The notes beneath the pieces are model-generated. The model had not been told where the DNA came from and ran no database searches. It saw only the letters and a program-made list of their open reading frames with translations. From positions 1 through 64,000 of the forward strand of contig JYFJ02000451.1 of assembly GCA_000934665.2 (NCBI GenBank): DNA of 64,000 nucleotides. The letters run 5' to 3'. The first letter of the stretch is position 1. Every line of letters begins with the position of its first letter. Source of the DNA: Catajapyx aquilonaris (taxonomy: Eukaryota). Positions 60,501-64,000 of the stretch are shown here, in pieces. The translations under genes and the position numbers were made by a program.

Positions 60501-63500
60501 AAATGTGTGATAAGATATTATGGTTACTACTACGCAGTTGGCTTGCACATGCACAATAACATGCTGAGCCATGTGTTTGTACAGGCACGTTTTGAATAGT
60601 CATATACTAAACTTGACCCTTGACCCTCCCCCAGTGCAAGAGTCGGCACTGATTCTTCTTCAGACCGTCCCCACCCACATCCAGGTGGATGCTATCCAGA
60701 AGAAGCTGCTGTCTCAGATTGATGGTGTCATTGCAGTCCATGAGTTCCATGTCTGGCAGCTTGCTGGAGATAGGATCATTGCCTCTGCACACATAAGGTG
60801 CAGGAATCTGCAAGACTACATGAAGATTGCAGAACAAGTCAAAGAGTTCTTCCACAACGAAGGGATTCACTCCACCACCATCCAGCCTGAGTTCATTGAG
60901 GTTAGTCCCCATCTAATTGCTGCAGTCAGTATAGCTTCAACACTTGCATGTTATGTGTACTGTACTGCACTTTATTTAAACTGTTGTACAGTACATGTTG
61001 TCTCTAACTCAAAACTCCCACAACTCGGAAGTTTCTTCTGGTCCCCTGGAGAGTCGAGCTATAGAAGTTTCACTGTGTTCGTCATTCTGAATATGAATGA
61101 CTCTTTACATAATACATTCTTGAGCCACTTCCAAAATGCATAGGAATGTGCGACTTTTACCCTTCCACTCCATTTTGTGATGGATGGGTGGATGGCCCTT
61201 TTCCAGAACTAAATGCCACATGCTATCCTGCACATTCCAAATGTCAAATGAAAATTAATGTGGTCTCAGTTTGGAAAATGTCACGTGGATTGGTCTCTCC
61301 CACTTGAGCCGCAGTGCTTGCTAATGAAGTAGTGCAAGATAGTTGTGGTTTTACAGCTCTGCTCATTTTTATATGTGAAATTTTCTGACATCTGGAAAGG
61401 ACTTTGACATCACAAGGACGCAAAATTTGCATCATATCAGTTATTACGTTCCCTCAATTTGTTTTGAACTTACATAACATGCAGCCGTAGCAATTGGGAT
61501 TGGACAGTTGCATCAGTTATGTTTTGAAAGATCATGCATGGTCTAAGAGTTTTGTTTAGCATGCTTTCTTTTTTAATGTGAGACCAATTGTGCTTTTCAG
61601 TAATGGATAATCTGGAAACTCTTGTAACCTTTTAAAAATAATCCCAGAAAGTAGTACATGTTGTCATTTGGCATGAACAAGTTTCCAAACGAAAGAGCTG
61701 CAGCACATGTAAAATGTAGATTAAATATCCGCAGTATTCAGACGAGGCCCTCCCAGTGACTGAATCGCAGGACGATTGTGTCTTGGACTGCCCAGTGACC
61801 AACGACGATCAGGACTGCCGCACTGCCACATGTTGTGGGGCATCGAAGCAGGTAATAATCGCCTTAGCAATTTATAATTTGCACTTTTTGTCACCTTTTG
61901 TGCTTACTTTTTGGGGGATTCTCTCCTTTTATATTAATTGTTATTATTTATCTCTTTTGTGTCCATTTCTGATTTTGCAAAACCTTGTCTGCCAAGGAAG
62001 ACACTTCCAACACTGTGCTGATTATTTATTGCCAGTATCTTCCACTAGCCCTGTTATTTTCTTAGACTAATTTTTCCCCTGTTAGTATGCATGATGATTT
62101 ACAGAATTTTCAAGAGTAATTGGTCATTGGCAATAACTTGATGCTCTTATCATGACAGGCTTTCAAATTCTTGGTTGGAAAAATATAGGTGCGTGACCTA
62201 CATAAAAAATTCATAGTTGCTTAATTTTTTAAAGTAGAACATTTAATGATATGTGCTTGCTTTTGCTTTATTTGCATGCACAGGTTTTGTAGATACAATG
62301 AATACAGGCTATGCTTTAGCGTATATTTTAACCCCCCATTATTTCATAAAAAGTATTACCATTAATTAAGTCTGCAGTGAGAAAATAGCATAGGTTTTAT
62401 TTTTCCAGTCTAGGTTAACGGGGAGATTTACATATATATTTTTAGTTCTTGTTTCATTTTCTTTCATTCCCTCTACTGGTGATATCATTTTTCATTTGGT
62501 GTTCCTTGTAGCATGTGCCTAAAAGTAATGGCGTCAAAAGTAATGGCATCGATAATAACGGCCTCGAATATAATGCCGACAAAAGTAATGTCGTCTGACT
62601 GAGAGTCCATGCCGCTTACGTCTGGTAAGCAAGTTGGCGTACAAAAAAAAAAGCATGACACGTATTTATTTTCAATTTCTCACTTTTATTTTCATTCATT
62701 CATTTTATGCATTGACTTCTACTGCTCTCTGCTGGTTCTTGGAAGAAAAAAATTGATCGACAAACAACTTCCTACTGAAATGGAGTTTGGGGCTTGCATT
62801 GCTGCTGTAGAGATATTTCCATTTCACTAACTGTTGAATTTATTTTTAAGTAGATCGTTGTGGGTATGCAATTAACAGGAGTCAGTGGTTTATTATTGGT
62901 GCATTTATTGGTGCATATTTTGTATGTGCTGCTGAAGTAATTCATATTGGTGCATGTTGGTGTACATGTGTGGCAAATAGATAAACAGTTTTTTTTTTTT
63001 TTTAAAGATGTCACATGGTAACTTGGGATTTAGAAAATGTGACATTTGTTGAAGGGAATTGAATGTGGAAAGCAAGAGTAGTTTTTACCTATCCTCTCAG
63101 TCCTACCTTGTTCAGTCTATTCCTTTTTCAGCGGCAATTGGCATTTATTAGATCACATGTTTTAAATGGTAAACTTGAAGAGCCACAAACAGTTCACGAC
63201 CTCTACTATATTCGGTAATGGTTACTTTTTAGTGCTGCTCATAAGGGAAATGTTTTAAATTGATACCTAGCGCTATAGGAGTTGCATAAAATTTGGGTGT
63301 CATATGGAATTGCGTCGCCTTTGTCATGCAATATAAAAATTAGAAGCTGAAAATTTTTAAATTCAGTTATGAATGGAAATAAATTGTTCAGCTCCTGAGC
63401 TTTACTGGGTGACTAGGATGGGAATTACATATATGCTACTTTCATTCGTGGTAAGCGACTCACAAAATTTATTGGACTGACAAAACTCCCACATCCCAAT

Positions 63501-63650
63501 ATCCATCCTTAGAATGTGAGCTCGAAAGTGACACAATCCTTCCAAGCCCAGGACTCGTCTATCCATACCCCCCTGGAGAAACCGTCACAGAAACAGGTCA
63601 GCTTCAAGAATGCACCTCCCAGGAGATCTTCTTCCAGTTGGAATGTTTGA
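57557..63650 (+). CDS. SLC30A1: Cation diffusion facilitator zinc exporter, ZnT1/ZnT63C-like (~427 aa with the distal last exon)
   Basis: Exons 57557-57733, 57806-57930, 58193-58290, 59423-59785, 60635-60900 and 61735-61851, then 63513-63650 (or 62512-62598). Motifs: SMALIADSFHMLSD, NTFGWARAEVLGALIN, His-loop EHGHAHGGHEHSH, NMRGVFLHVMADALGS, VHEFHVWQLAG, FHNEGIHSTTIQPEF, Cys-rich CVLDC...C...CCG. The choice of last exon is the least certain part. Confidence 0.93.
62512..62624 (+). CDS. SLC30A1: Candidate alternative ZnT1 exon encoding a short C-terminus (stop at 62596-62598)
   Basis: TTCCTTGTAG| acceptor, phase 0, encoding HVPKSNGVKSNGIDNNGLEYNADKSNVV*, then donor TG|GTAAGC at 62624. Confidence 0.5.
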
Positions 63651-64000
63651 CAGCAAGAACCTGAAAAGTATACATAAAAAACATAAAATATATACAAACA
63701 CACAACGAGTTTGTCAGTATTTACTCATCTCTCGTGTGAACAAGAAGAGAGAATGATGGCATTGTGGTTTAATTGTTCTTGGGGTATAAACCATTTAATT
63801 AATTTTTTTTATAGTGGAGGAGGTGACTGCACAAAATATGCATGTGTGTAGGTTGTGGAGGTGGATCTGACTTTTAACTGTTGACATTAATCACTTGTAT
63901 GAAGTTGGGGTGTCGCAAGTGTGGCGTTATTGTCAGTTTTAAAATGTGGCAAATTTGACCAAAGGTTCTTGACATTGACGGAAAAAAATGTATGCACCAC

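Overview
Eukaryotic (animal, most likely arthropod-type invertebrate) gene-dense genomic DNA with GT-AG introns; no prokaryotic features, CRISPR, rRNA or intact tRNA. Eight multi-exon genes can be spliced by hand into intact frames: NAP1-like histone chaperone (+), kinesin-2 KIF3A (-), FASTKD1-like mitochondrial RAP-domain protein (+), ATGL/brummer PNPLA2-like lipase (+), PEX16 (-), TMEM86/YhhN lysoplasmalogenase (+), IMMP1L (+) and a ZnT1/SLC30A1-type zinc exporter (+). There is also a probable orphan gene with a C2HC finger (-). Introns and spacers carry many palindromic MITEs (TA or TWA target duplications), tRNA-derived SINEs and (AAT)n microsatellites. The most interesting observations are: (1) two tandem 189-nt versions of the lipase catalytic-Asp exon (DGG versus DGC), probably mutually exclusive; (2) an intronic H/ACA snoRNA candidate in NAP1 with a predictable 28S target; (3) a lipase-PEX16-lysoplasmalogenase trio with a 321-bp bidirectional spacer; (4) alternative C-terminal exons and an MRE cluster at ZnT1; (5) the orphan zinc-finger gene head-to-head with IMMP1L. 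All gene models and family assignments were made by eye without database searches.
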